A stretch of DNA of 64,000 nt. It comes from Vicugna vicugna (lineage: Eukaryota). Below, piece by piece: positions 1 through 13,100 of this stretch. Where the stretch lies: contig MU058153.1 in the NCBI GenBank assembly GCA_013265495.1, positions 1,738,001 through 1,802,000 on the forward strand. Reading direction: 5' to 3'. The notes beneath the pieces were generated by a model that did no database searches, was not told the origin of the DNA, and worked only from the letters and a program-made list of their open reading frames with translations. Made by a program: the position numbers and the translations under genes. Position 1 is the stretch's first letter, and every line of letters begins with the position of its first letter.

Positions 1-590
1 AAGTCCCATTTTTCCCCAGGTGGGTAATTTTCCATCAACCTTTGTTGAGAACACCGTTACTTCTCTATCATTCTGCAGTAATATATTCAAGGGTCTACTC
101 ATATGTGAGTTTGTATTTGAGCCTTAGTTCTGTGGCTCTTTTGTCTGTCTCTTTATTCTTTAACTAATGCATCTTGTCATATTTATTGTAGCTTTATAAT
201 TAGCCTTGACATTCAGTGAGGCAAGTCTTCTCATCTTACCCTTTTAAAAGAAACATTTGGCTCTTGTTGGCCACTTAGAGTCCAGTATAAATTTTAGATG
301 TATCTTGTCAAATTCCCCCAAATTCCTATTGGATTTTGATTAAAATTGAACTGAATCTAAATTTGGGGGGAAGTGTCACATTGAAAATATTATCTTCCAA
401 CTGATAAATCTGATAAATCTTGCATTTTATAAAACTGTCAGCATTATGGGTTTATGTGAAGAAGTTTTTCACGGCATTTGTTAAATTTATTCCCAGGCTC
501 GTGGTGTTTTTGTACTATTATGAATAGTATATATTTTTTACATTTATTTTACATTTATTGTTAACACATAGCATGAAATTGTATTTTTTC
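1..590 (-). mobile_element. Old L1 (L1M/L1ME-like) ORF2 fragment
   Basis: Antisense L1 ORF2-like motifs: ttgtagctttataattagccttgacatt, tataaattttagatgtatcttgtcaaattc, ggattttgattaaaattgaactgaatcta. Confidence 0.7.
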
Positions 591-1069
591 AGAAATGTGC
601 TTCATATCATCCCCAGACAAAAACAAATATATAGAATATTATAACTCCTGTGAATTCCTAAAGAGAACTATATGTTAGAGATTAACAAAATGATTTTTTC
701 AAATTATTTTTTAATTCATTGCAAGTTATTTTCTTTTTTTTAACAGATAATCAGATTCCAGGACTATTGCTTAAGGAGTGTGATAGACAAGAGAAATTAA
801 CAGTGCTATGCTATACAGAACATTTGTCTTAGGTAGTATCCATTTATATGCAATAAAGCTAAAAGAATTTCAAGAAAATAACTTCTCTTGTTTTACTATT
901 CTTTTAAAAACCTACCAGTTTTCACAGGATTTTCAATCAAACAATTCAGTCAGTGTGTATGTGCTATGTTTTGAGGGGAGAAAGACTAGAAGCGAGTATG
1001 TTGTGAAGAAAATATTTAAGTGTTACTACTTGTACATAAAACTCGAGATGCTTATAAGACATTAAAGAG

Positions 1070-1185
1070 GAGATTTCAAGAAGCTTGAAGCACAGAGAAG
1101 TCTTGGCAAGGGGTAAGAATTTGAGTTATTGGCATACGGGTGGCACTAAAATCCATGGGCATGGATGAGCTCACTGGAAATAAAC
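1070..1185 (-). mobile_element. L2 fragment
   Basis: ggtggcactaaaatccatgggcatggatgagctcac resembles the L2 motif ggtatttaaagccatgggactggatgagatcac. Confidence 0.45.
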
Positions 1186-1890
1186 ATCATTTTCATCAGT
1201 CCATTCACATATTTCCTTACCTCATCGTCCGTGTTTTCAGATGGTGCATGCACCTGTCATTCACTAATGCTCATCCCAGTTCATGTAGGTGCCTAATTGC
1301 TAATTATCACTGAATTTAACAAAATTACTAAGGGACAGCTACAAAGCAAGTTCAGTTAAAAAACATTTGCTGAAATCTCGGAGCTGTAATAAACATCACA
1401 TGCTTACTGGTGTACTAATAAAGGTCTAGTTTTACTAAAATAATTTAATTTTCCTTCTCCAGAAAGAGTTTAATAAACATTTGAATTAAATTGGTGGCTT
1501 AAAATACTCAGTGTAATCAGGACTGTGATAGGAAATGTAATTGTGACTCTCAGGAGTAAAGTGAACTGTGATCAGTGATCCGCGATCAGGAAGAAAACAT
1601 AATGTATAGAGAGAAGGTGAGAGATCCCTGGTGCTGGAGTTAGTGTTCAAGAATCAAGATTTACAGTGCATTCATCTTGATGCCACTTTCTTCTCTTACT
1701 TTCTTCCAGATGCATAAATGAATGGCATAGGAGATGAGTGAAAGGCGCTGATGGTTTTCCTTCCATTCCTTTGGAAAGGAAAAACCATTTTGTAAATAAA
1801 AGTTCCCAGATTCAACTCCATGTTGAACAAGATTTTCATTGCTACTGAAGAGGAGTTTACAGACTGCTGTCCAACTGGTAGGTGAGATAT

Positions 1891-2511
1891 TTTACCCCAA
1901 CCAAACTTGCCCACTTGCAATGAAACTGACTGACACCAGGTTGTGGTGGAGGAAATTACAATATTTACTGCAAAGCAGCAAACTTGGGGCCAAGCAAGGA
2001 GAATGGGCAGCTCATGCTCAAAAGATCTGAACTCCCTGATGGTTTTCAGGGAAGGGTTTTAATGGCAAGGTGGGCGAGAGGGCCGCAGGGTGCCTGATTA
2101 ACTTGTGAACGGTCTTCTGATTGCTTGGTAGTGAGGTAACCAGGTGGTGTTTCAGGAATCAGCATCATCAGACCTCTGGTTCCAACCAGGATGGGGTCTA
2201 CGCGCCGGTTGTCAGCTGGCAGTTCACTTCTTTTAGTATCTGCAAAACAACTCAGGGAGGGGGCTCGAGATATACCTACAGTCCTTGGGGAGAAACGGAA
2301 GCGCCTTGACTTTGTTTTGTAGCTAAACTGTTGTTTAGTTTGTCTTAACTGTTTTCCTTTATTTCTGCATTTTCTCACTTCTCTGATTAAATTTTCTCTC
2401 TGGAACTTGGGGGAGGTCTAGGAAGCTAAAGTTTTTCTATAAACAACAGGCAGGCAGGGGACCCCAGGAGTCTGTCCCTGGGAAGGCCCCACAGGGTCCT
2501 ACTCGGTTTCA
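1891..2511 (-). mobile_element. Solo LTR, ERV1 class (MER41/LTR39-like)
   Basis: GC-richer 620 bp block. The minus strand begins TGAAACCGAG. Flanked by ATAT at 1887-1890 and 2512-2515 (4-bp TSD). Contains gccaagcaaggagaatgggcagctcatgctcaaaaga, typical of this LTR group. Confidence 0.8.
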
Positions 2512-2859
2512 ATATCGCATGCCTGACACTAAAGATTTAGCATAATCAAGATCCCTAATTTTTGATGCAGGAAAATTTGCAGTGTGGAGGTTTGAATTAG
2601 ATTGGCAAGACATGCATCCTGCTTGTCACAGATGTTACAGGCTGTGCATGGGTGTGTCGGACTGCACTGGACTTCTTGAAAAGTCTTGAAAAATTTGGAG
2701 ATGCACACTCCAAAGAGATCCTTTAGGCTTCTTTTTGGGAATGCTTGAGGACAGAAGGCATTTTAGGAGAGAAACAAGGGGACTACAGAATGGGATGGAC
2801 TGTGCTAGGGAGAGTTGCTGGATAAATGCTCTTCATAATGAGAAGACTCTACATTGTGG

Positions 2860-3060
2860 GCGATTCATTTATTGAGGGCTTCCTCGATGTTAATTACCAT
2901 GTGTTAACTGCCATGCTTTATCTCGTATAACCACTTCAATAACTCGATAAAGTAGGTAATAATTCAATTTAATTTAGAAATTTGAAAACTAAGGCTCAAA
3001 AAAAACACACATTTTTAAAATAATTAAGCTTGAACTTGAACCTAGGCTTAATCCAAAGCC
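2860..3060 (-). mobile_element. MIR fragment
   Basis: atttattgagggcttcc...gaaaactaaggctca...cttgaacctaggct, MIR-like core. Confidence 0.5.
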
Positions 3061-3194
3061 TACATTTTATATGCACATTTATATGTAGAGAGTATACCTT
3101 TTAACCATTGTATATTCTGATAAAATTGATATTTTGGCAAGTCTAGAGTAGAAGGTATGTAGAGAATTTGGTTACCTTTTTTTTTTAAATCTCT

Positions 3195-3699
3195 CATCCA
3201 TTGAAGACCCTTTACCTATATGACAAAAAGGAGGTTATTCAACTAGGTCTAACTTAGTCACACTAGTCCTTAAACCCTGAGGCAGAAGGGGAAGTCAGGA
3301 AGATGTAAAGTGAAAGGAACTTGCACATTGCTGGGTCTGAAGATAAAAAGAGCAACATTAGAAGAAATAGACTTCGCATTAAGAAGCAGAGGACAGCCCC
3401 GCCCCCACCTCTCTGCTCTCAACCGCTAGCAAGTAAGGAAATGGGGACCTTAGTCCAACTGATGCAAGGAACTGCATTCTGCCAATAACATAAATGAATA
3501 TGGATGACGATTCTTCTCCAGATGCTCGAGAAAGATCTAGCCCATCTGATCCTTTGAATTTGACCTGGTGAGACTGAGCAGAGGACCCTGGTGAGCCTGC
3601 TTGGATTTCTGGCCTGCAGAAGCTGTGTGACAATAAATGGATGTTGTTCTAAGCTGCAAAGTCTGTGATGACTTGCATACCGTATAGGAAACGGGCACA
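3195..3699 (+). mobile_element. MaLR solo LTR (MLT1E/D-like)
   Basis: aaggaaatggggaccttagtcc...gcaaggaactgcattctgccaataac...cagaagctgtgtgacaataaatggatgttgttctaagctgc. Confidence 0.8.
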
Positions 3700-4228
3700 G
3701 TGAGAGAACAGTCAGTACACAGCACCCTCATTTCCTTGTATGCGATGATCAGATGCGGCAATTGTAAAGCTTTCTCTTTGGAACCTGGGGTAGGATGGGT
3801 TCTCAAGAGACTTGCAGTTTTATACAATAAAGGTGGCAAAATAAAGTTTTATTTTTTATGCTTGGAATGGTCCTCAGTGTTTATACCAATTTGAAATTCT
3901 GTTTGCAACATCTAAATGAGAACATCCTTAGCTGACAAGTGTGACATTTCTATTGAGTGTGGTTAGAATTGCTGGGTGGGGACTAAAGCTGACACCTTCA
4001 ACTCTTAGTTTTAAAATCCATTGAGAAAACAGACATATGTTAAAACTGTAAAAATACCTCCCTTTGAAAGTGAGCATTGCCCAGTAAGTAAAATTGAATA
4101 ATAAGAAATATTGTCATAAAAAGAAAAACACTAGGCAGTTGTCCAGTTTTGGGCCAAACACATTGAATATCTGATTTTAAAAATTAAGTGATCCGTGTCT
4201 AAGTCTCCACGAAGTAGTGTAGATCCAA

Positions 4229-4269
4229 GCGTGCGCGCGCACGCGCGCGCACACACACACACACGTGCA
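4229..4269. repeat. (CG)n/(CA)n alternating purine-pyrimidine microsatellite
   Basis: gcgtgcgcgcgcacgcgcgcgcacacacacacacacgtgca read directly. Confidence 0.95.
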
Positions 4270-5348
4270 AATTGAAGTATTTTAAGCTAACTGTCCTTTT
4301 TACAAATATGTATATGGTGTTTAATCTTGATATGTTCTTAGTGAAATGCTAAAGTAAGAAGAAAGAAAGATTTGCCTGAGTGGTTTACTTCAATAAAATT
4401 AAAATGGATTTCATATGAATGCTAATATCGCCCAATGACCTCCCTGTTGATTCCCTGCATCAAAGATGCTCCAGAAATGCATATTGGCAAGGGACCTCCA
4501 ATTAGATGAGTAGTAAATAAACTCAAGTGAAAATGTTGGTTTTTATCATGGATGAGCCCTAGAAATTATGACGATAAAAAACTTCTCTTTAATGACACCA
4601 GTTCATCTCTTGTAGGCGTGCATTATCGACGAGTCTCTTCTTCATCTTTTTTGCTCCATAAACTTTTGCACCCTGTGTAGCCTAGAGACGTCCAAGGGAG
4701 GAGGATTCGAAAACCTGAAAACTGAGGCCCAGACTATTCCAGGTATGGCTCAGGAGCATCAGTTACTCTCATATTCATAATAAACACACTCAATTCAAGA
4801 AGGGTTCATTTACTCTGCCTGCTTTCCAAGAGGACTCCGCTTTGGAACTAGAGAAGGGAAAAAGGGGAAATAGGCTTTTTCCTCAATTTTGTTAAAAAAA
4901 AAAAAGTGTGACTGTGAGCAAGCTTGAAAGTTTTCAATAAACTAATCTAAAAATAATTCACATTTATTTAGCCTTTGCTCCCTGGATATCCACTAGGTGT
5001 TAAAGACTGCCCAGTTATCTCTGCATCTTCAACATGAAGCACAGAGATGGTAAATAATAATATTTATGATCATAGTAATCAATGCCACTTCCATTGTTAG
5101 TATGTTTTGGGCATATACAGAACATACTTTACCCTCTTCAGTCTTGACTACGACTCTGTAATAAATGCTAGTCTTAAACTTTGATGTTGAGTTTTATAGA
5201 GGATAAATGTCTTGCCCAAGACAAGAAAGTGAGTATATTTCAGAGCTCGGATACTTAATAAATTTGGTGAATGTCTGAAAATTGATCTAGTCTCTGTAGG
5301 AGTCTTCTACTGAACTCCATTATGCTTGAAATATCATTGGAATCTGCG

Positions 5349-5351
<3 letters not shown>

Positions 5352-5379
<28 letters not shown>
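5352..5379. repeat. (TG)14 microsatellite
   Basis: Perfect TG run. Confidence 0.95.
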
Positions 5380-5382
<3 letters not shown>

Positions 5383-5921
5383 TGTGCACATTTTCAAAGG
5401 AAGAGAAGTCAACTGGGTTTGGGAGTTGACCTCAGGAGGAAAGGCTGACATCATGTCGTAGCAGACAACATCCATCTCTAGAATTCAGTTTCTATGAGCC
5501 TTTTCCCCACCACAAAGGCGTGAAACCTAGAGGAGGGAGGAAAGTGCCTGATGCCATCAAAGGCCAGAGAAGACTGACCCTCTGCCTGGAGATATCTGCT
5601 GCAAGTGAACATTGTGGGGAAGCTGACTGTGTACGTTTATCTCTTATTAAAACATGCTGTGATGGGCATCGAGATACACACACACATACACACATATGTA
5701 TATATATAAAGCAGATAAACAATGTCATTAAATTCTTATTATTTTTCCCTATGTTAATCTTTTATTACTAGGGCCCAGGAGAATACTTTTATACACTTTT
5801 ATATAAGTTTTCCAATCATCTCTCCTTCCTTTATCTACTGAATTGTTGGTTGCTTGACTCCTACTCCTTTGATGAATAAAAATATTTCTTTTTACTTTAC
5901 ATCAATTGCCATTCTGCTTTT

Positions 5922-6195
5922 ACTTTGGGAAGTGATTAAGCCATGAGGAAGAAGTCCTTATGAATGGGATTTGTGCCTTTGTGAGAGTGATCACACAGAA
6001 CTCTCTCACTCTTCTTGACATATGAGGACACAAGAAGGCTACTGTCTATGTACCAGGGAGCCAGCCCCACCAGATGACAATCGGCTGGCACCTTGATCTT
6101 GGACTTCCCAGCCTCCAGAACAATAATAAATGTCTGTTGTTTAAGTTACCTAGCATATGGTATTTTTATTACACTAGCCGGAACAGACTAAGACA
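5922..6195 (+). mobile_element. MaLR LTR (MLT1A-like), 5' truncated
   Basis: ctggcaccttgatcttggacttcccagcctccagaac...aataaatgtctgttgtttaag...agactaagaca terminus. Confidence 0.85.
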
Positions 6196-6559
6196 AAGTT
6201 GTTACTTTTTAAAATTTAGCAAGACAGTTGGAACGTTAAACTTAAAATCATGCAGCACTTCTGATGGAAATAAGTTTAGGTTACTGAAGACAAACCACAG
6301 TAGGATTGAAAATGCACCCGAAAAATGTATGTTTCCAGGAGATATCAATTTTGCAAGAGGAGGAAAAAAGTGTAAGATTGTTTCCTTGAGGGTTTCTTCT
6401 TTCTAAGTTATGACCCACAAGTTTATGAATATGTTACTCTTCTTGTTAAACTTTAAAAGATTAGAGCTAAGTAAACACTAGCAAGGATATATATTTATTG
6501 TGGTAATACTGGTGTGTAAGTGTGCCTTTATTAATAAAAATGTCTAGGTTTCTGCTACA

Positions 6560-6740
6560 TTTTCAGTGTGCTTAGATCCATTACCCATTATTAAACAAGA
6601 CAATACCATGAGACTAACAGATGGGGAAATTCTGCTCAGCATAGATAGAAGTTCAACAAGGTCATATTATTTTGTCTTCTTGCCAGTAGAGTTGATTTCA
6701 AAGCAAAGATTTCTGACTCCTTTTCCAATGCTTTCACTAC
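6560..6740 (-). mobile_element. MIR fragment
   Basis: acagatggggaaattctgctcag...caaggtcat...tctgactcc. Confidence 0.5.
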
Positions 6741-8664
6741 GTTTTTTACTTATGCCACTGCTGAACTCACAATGACAGACAAATTATCAGAGGAAACAGA
6801 AAGGGTCCCTAAAGCAAATTAAGAAACAAGAGATTACAATACAAAGCATTAAAATATGTGTCAAATTAAAATTTTCTGTTTGTTTAATTTCTTACATAAA
6901 AAACTTATTGAATTTTATATCAGTAAAAAAATGCTTAAACACCACAAATATACTTTAATGTTTTTAATTAAAAAGATTTTTATTTTTTTGAATAGCAAAG
7001 AAGTGATACAAAATATCCCATGAAGTGTCATATACTTAATTAAAAAGAAAATAATTTAAACTAGCAATTTTGTTTATTGAATACAATTTAAATGTATATT
7101 ATTGAACTTTCATGAACAATTTGGAAACTATATTATATGTTTATAATTCATAAAATGTAATAGTGCATCTGTAGCTTTGTGCTGATTGGCATATATTTGA
7201 ACTTTCTAATAATTCCCTTATTTGTTCCAATGTAAAACGGGACAATGTCCTCCAGAAACTACCTGCCTTTCAGAATTTCCAGAAAACTTTCATCTCTCTG
7301 TGTGTAGCTTCTTCATGCTCTGAAGAAGCGTCTGTCAATTGCAGTTGAACTTGAAGTAGGTGGAGTATATGCTTTCTTTTTGATTTGGTATATTACAAGG
7401 AGCAGACTAAATTGCAATGAGTAGTAACTTGGAACTAGAGCCATAAGTAAGACTTGTTTTGAGTTAGTTTATAATTGTTCCCAAATTCAGATATAACTGT
7501 CCAGTATCACGCATAATAAATCCTCTGGTTTACTAATTCCAGATAGAATTAGTAAGAGGACTCCCTAGCAACTTATCAACAATTTCTCTACATGTAACTT
7601 AATCTAATATTCTTGGCATTGCAAGAAGCTTAAAGAAATGTAATACAGAAACTCAGCTCCAAAGTTTATCCTTTCTGGGCGAAGACAAGTTTTTAAGTAT
7701 ATGCACAGCAGTGTGAATTAAACTACAGCTCTCCCACAACTCAGGCCACGACAATTTGCCCAGTGAATGGAAGGGATAACAAAACCTACAAGTAGAGACA
7801 TTTCTAAGATATAAAGCACCTTTTATTAAGTTCTATCCCTAAACCAAATCATAAAATAAGATAAAAGAGTTTCTATTTAACCAGGTGAAATCTGAAAAGC
7901 CACTCCCTAGTACTTAGCACGGTGATTTGAAACTAGAAAGTTTTGGATAAATATAATTCAAACAGATACAAATAAAGCAATACGCCACCTGCACATGGAA
8001 AGACCTAACCTAGTCCTGGCGGCTGGAGGCAGGGTCACGACCTAGGCTTACATCATAACTTCACAACGTCACTGAAATTAACCCTGTTTCGTTGATGCGG
8101 TAAGTAGGGTTGTGGAAGCCTTGTTTCTTCACCCTCCCCCAGATAGGAAACCAAAATAAGGACCCAGGTAATTTAGACTTGAACATTCATGCTCATTCTA
8201 CTGAGCCAGTCAACGTTGTTACCAAACATCCTTGTGTAAATGTGTAGATGTCATCCTGCTGTTTTTTAGAAGCTCTGATAATACCTACACTGAATGTTTC
8301 TTTAAAGCCTAGCCACACAGCCTTAGATAGGGACCCCTTGCAGTGAGAGAATTTCAGATTATCCCTCTGATTTTTAAAAAGCTAAGACAGGAACAATGAA
8401 AGCTAGAAAGCTTTCCCTATTTGAGACCAATCCTTTTTTCTAAGCCATTTTTCAGAAAACACTTTCCAAAGAAATTAGTTAAGCTGATGTATTCTCTTGA
8501 CAACATGTTTAAGTAGCACCTGATAACATATGGATATTATGCATTAATATTATTAAAAGGAGGAAACACGTGGAGACTTGATTGCCTACCTCCTGCATCA
8601 CGGGGCACCTGGGGATCTGAATGTTGGTACAGATCTGGCCTCCGTTCCTTGGTCCTGCCTGCAC

Positions 8665-8850
8665 ACTTCGCTTCATTTCCTCCTTTCCTTTCCACTCTTT
8701 TTTTCTCTCCCTCACTCATTTTTCTCTTACACCTTCTTTCCCTTTTGCCTGCCTTCTCCTCCTCTCTCTTTCTTGCTCCCTTTCGCCATTCTCTCTCCTT
8801 TTTTCTCCCCTTCTTTCTTTTAAGTCACAGCGTCTCTTTTTTTGATTCTA
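8665..8850. repeat. CT-rich low-complexity polypyrimidine tract
   Basis: About 180 bp almost all C/T; explains the overlapping F/L/S/P-rich ORFs. Confidence 0.85.
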
Positions 8851-10334
8851 CCCAGTAAAAAACGAAAAAAAAATTGTCTTTCCCAAGCTGTTTTTTCCTC
8901 TGCTGTTCCTATTTATCACTTGGATCACTTTTTAAATGCATGAATTTATGGGTTTGTTTGTTTGTTCATACTACTGAGTTCAATATATGGCAAAGCAAAC
9001 ATTATAAATCAGCAATGAGGAGATTGAGCACCAATACTCGCTAGAAAAGCTGCCTGGAAAATAATCAGCTTAGGTCTTCATCTTTGTAACATTCACTCAC
9101 CTATTGGTTGTCTCCCCAGCCCCCAATATTTCCTCTTCCCTGATAACTCCCCTTCCCGTGAATCTTGGATAGAAAATCTGATCCTCAGAGAATGGCCTGC
9201 CTGGGCCACTTTCAAATGCTCCTGTGGTGGAACAGTTGATGGAGACAGCTGCATTCAAAGGAAAAGTTTCTGAAAAGGCAGATACGAAAAAGAACTTAGA
9301 GCAATCACTTTCTCGACTCTGGTTCAGCCAAAATGTGTTTTATGTTGCTGATTGTTCTACAGCAAAAACTGCCATCCATGAACAATGGTTTCCTTTCTTA
9401 GCACATTTAGAAATTATGTAAATTAAAAGAGGAGACAAGAATATTCTGATGTACTTGAGTGTATCTCTGTGTAATGGCCACAGTTGATCTATTTATCTCT
9501 CCAAACTGTCAGTATCAGAGGCTTCCAATGGAGATCCCAGATTGAAAAGGCAAATGAATCATAAATAAGCTTGCTCATCCTTTCTGCAAATGACTGTCTA
9601 GCTTTTTGCTTTAGCTTTATTTGAAAGATACATGTCTGGTAGAAGATAATATGGGACTTGGAAGGGAAAGTGAATAGAGAATACATCCATTTACAATGGT
9701 AAGAGAAACTTTAATTATTGAGGCTTTTCAGTTTCACTTGGGATCTGACATATAGGATTATCTGTATTTAGATTTTGAGCTATCAAAATATCCAGGAAAA
9801 TGGCACCGGAAAAAGACAGTGGCTTGAAATGTGAGTACATCCTTTAAGTCATCAAGTAAGTATTTCTGGTGTTGGCATCAAATTTTATCTGTTGTAAATG
9901 GAAGCATATTTTTGTTATGAGTTCAATATTGCCAAATTTGTATCGCCAAATTGATTATTAAACAGATAAATATGGTGAGACCTATTTTGCAGCAGACAAC
10001 ATCAACATACTTGTGTAACATCCCCATCTCCCTTAAATATCCACATGTGCCATTCCTGAGATGCTGAAGCTAGATAAGGAGGACAGTCATCAACGATGTG
10101 TTTAGGGTGGCATAGTGAAAAGATAGAAAGCTCTAGGAACCTTTATGATCTCCTGAATTAACTTTGAAGTTGTTCAACCTCTGAATTTTAGTTGGGCAAG
10201 ACCAGAAGGCTCATGTTAAAAGATGATTTTTTTTTCCTAGTTTCCTCTGAATCCATTGTATTCCTGTGGTCCCGAGGATACTTTTATTTTTGCAGCAGAA
10301 ACATGAAAGAAATGGTTGAATTTTGACAGCTAGT

Positions 10335-10617
10335 GTAGCCTTTCAATGACCCAGGTCACGTTCCCTTGGAATGATGTCTCAGCCCTCTGCTATTTTGCAG
10401 AAAATTTGAGAGCAATCCAACAGCACATCTCAGATACTGGCAGAATCAAGACCCTGCTGCCCATACCAGTTCTCTAAAAGCATCCTAAAGCCTCCTTCCC
10501 TGGCTTCCTTTTTCTGACCCTTCTCTCCTGATTTCCAGGAGAGCTTTCCAAATTATTTACCTGTACCAATGTCCTCGTGTCAGGCTCTGCTCTTAGGTAG
10601 ACCCTAACTAATATACC
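10335..10617 (+). mobile_element. ERVL LTR fragment (LTR16-like)
   Basis: 3' end gtcctcgtgtcaggctctgctcttaggtagaccctaactaatata resembles the LTR16 terminus. Confidence 0.55.
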
Positions 10618-11289
10618 TACTGCCAAATGTATGTAGTAGCATGATTTTAAGAAGTTAAATTGTATAATTGCCAAAATGATAAGGAATTTACAAACTAGGA
10701 AAGTTTTAATTTTGTTTGGTTAAACTAACCAGTTGTAGATTAACTGTTGTTAAGGTCTGCAAATTTCACACCTGTCTGATAAAGGAGGATGGGCACAGGT
10801 AGGGTAGAAACCAATGCAAAAAAAAAACAAACTGATCTCAGATATCTGAGTGTAATTACTATATATGGACATTATAAAAGTCTTAAAAGCATGAGATATA
10901 ATTTCAATATGGAATGGTTTAATTGATATTATATTTTAAATGTTATTTTGTCACCAGTAATGGATGAGCAAACAAGGTGCATAATATAAAAACTAATGTA
11001 TCGGTATTAAAGTACAAATATTGCATGTTTTTATCAACTGTATTTTACACATATTAAAAAAAACAATTCAGAGCATGAAATATGAGACATGCAAACAATT
11101 TCAAGAAAACTCTTGTGGTTGTAATACACTCTTCCCCTTCATGGTAACTTTTCATAAGATCATTAATGCTCCACTAAGTGTGTGTTCTCTGCTAAAATCA
11201 TATGGCTTACTGGAGGCAGGTGCAATGTCTGATTTATCTTTGCTGCACTCACTCTAGATCAGCCTAGTGCTTTACATAAATACTTTCTA

Positions 11290-12590
11290 CTTCACCTCTC
11301 CCGACACACTCCCTTGAATTTCAGATTCATATTTCCAACTGCCTACTTTGCATCTGCCCTTGGATGCTTATAGACAATTCAAGCTAACCAAGCCCACAGC
11401 CAAACTCTGGATTCTCCCCATCGTTCTCCCATCTTAGTAAACGTTTTAAGTGTTATGTGTTGAGTACTCAAGAAAAAGATTTGGGTATTCATCCTTGACA
11501 ACTTTCTTTCCATCACAATACACAGCTAATCAGTTAAACAAACACACACAAATAAAAACTTTCTATTAGCTTTATTTTTAAGATAATCTAAAAGTTAAGC
11601 ACTTCTTACCATCTCCACCCTTAACATCCTTAAGGAAGCCACCTTGGTCTCGTTGCACTATTGCAGTTGCCTCCTCATTGATCTTCCTCCTACTCTTCCT
11701 CCTCTATTGTGTATTCCCAGCTCAGCTCTCAGAGCTTCCTACCTCACAGGATCAAAGCTTGCTTGGCTATTCATGATCTGGACCTCCGTGACTTCTCTTC
11801 TCTCCTGGTGCTCTCTCCCTGCCTATTGTGCTATGAGAACATTGCCTCCTTACTGTTCTTTGACTCTGCCAAGGACCCTCCCTCCACAGGGCTGTTACAC
11901 CTGCCATTCCTTTTGCCTGATGTGGTCTCACTTTAAATATCCCAGGGCTTGTTCCTTATATTAGTCCTCCAGGGCCACTGTAACAAAAGGCCATAGATGG
12001 GGTGGCTAAAACAGCAGACATTTATTTCCTCACTGTTCTGGAATCTGGGAGTCCAAGATCAAGGTATAAGCACAGTTGGTGTCTCCTGAAGTTTCTCTTC
12101 TTGGCTTGTAGACTGTCACCTTCTCGGTGCCTCTGCACGCCTGATGCCTCATCTTATGTCAGTCTTACCAGATTAGGACCCTACAGTTATGGTCTCATTT
12201 AATCACTTAATCACCTCCTTAAAGGACCCATCTCCAAGAACAGTCAGTGTGGGCTTAGAGATTCAACTCAGCAAGGTTGGGAGGACACAGTTCAATGCAT
12301 ATTTCCTTATTCTCTTCACTCTCCACTCTGACAGTGAGGGCTTCTCTGACCAGTCTTTGAAAATTACACTTCCCACTTCCCTCACCATCACTTTCCTACC
12401 AACCCTTCTTCATTCTTTATCATAGCAATTATTACCACCTCAGCATGATAAACTTACTGTTTATTGTCTGTCTCCTCCATTAAGCTGTAAGTTCCATGAG
12501 ATCGAGGACCTTTCCTTTCCCCACCCCCGAGACTGATGCTGGCATATCGTGGTTTTTCCATCCGTAGTTGTCAAAGTAATAAATGAACTA
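11290..12590 (+). mobile_element. L2 (L2a-like) 3' region, interrupted by a MaLR LTR
   Basis: catatttccaactgcctactttgcatctgcccttggatg; 3' end tttattgtctgtctcctccattaagctgtaagttccatgag...aataaatgaa. Confidence 0.8.
11957..12302 (-). mobile_element. MaLR solo LTR (MLT1A/B-like) nested in L2
   Basis: tatattagtc...gacatttatttcctcactgttctggaatctgggagtccaagatcaagg; TTCCT direct repeat at 11952-11956 and 12303-12307 (5-bp TSD). Confidence 0.85.
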
Positions 12591-12614
12591 TTTCAATTGA
12601 TAATGTAAAGACAT

Positions 12615-13100
12615 GCACCAGTAAGGGCATCAGTAAGAAACAGATGGGGCACTCAGAAAGGTTTAACTGAAGTGAGAGTAGTAGAAAGACTGTTTAGAGT
12701 GGGGTAGGCAGAGTTAAGGACCCAACCGATTTTGGTGAGGCACCAAGGACTAGCCACAACGGGAAGACATCTCTGTCTCCACACCAGAAGGATCAAAAAG
12801 GGAAGGTCAGCTGTAACTGGAGTCAAGGAAGAGAGCTAGCCTAATGGATCCCTGACTGCAGGGAATGAAGACCATGCCAGCCAGTGCAAAAAAAAAAAAA
12901 AGGAGGATGAGGGGAGAACAAATAGACATATCACCTCCTTTCCTCTCTAATCTCCCTTTGGTCCCCAATAGAATTGGAAACTGGAGAGCAAGAAAGTATA
13001 AATGATGTGGTGTGTAGAGGTCAGTCCCCTGAGTGAGACTGATCAGGGCAGCAAAGTGAAAAAAACAGATCTCCTTGGAGAGGGGAAGGGGGAAAATGGA
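12615..13100 (-). mobile_element. Old ERVL-class LTR (LTR33/LTR41-like)
   Basis: aagaaacagatggggcactca...gactgtttagagtggggtaggcagagttaagg...ggtgaggcaccaaggactagc. Confidence 0.55.

Noticed and set aside
730..840. Exon candidate after tttttttaacAG (~747)
   Set aside because: Weak donor (ag|gtagta) and stops in all frames.
8509..8858. Five overlapping ORFs on both strands
   Set aside because: Artefact of a stop-poor CT-rich tract.
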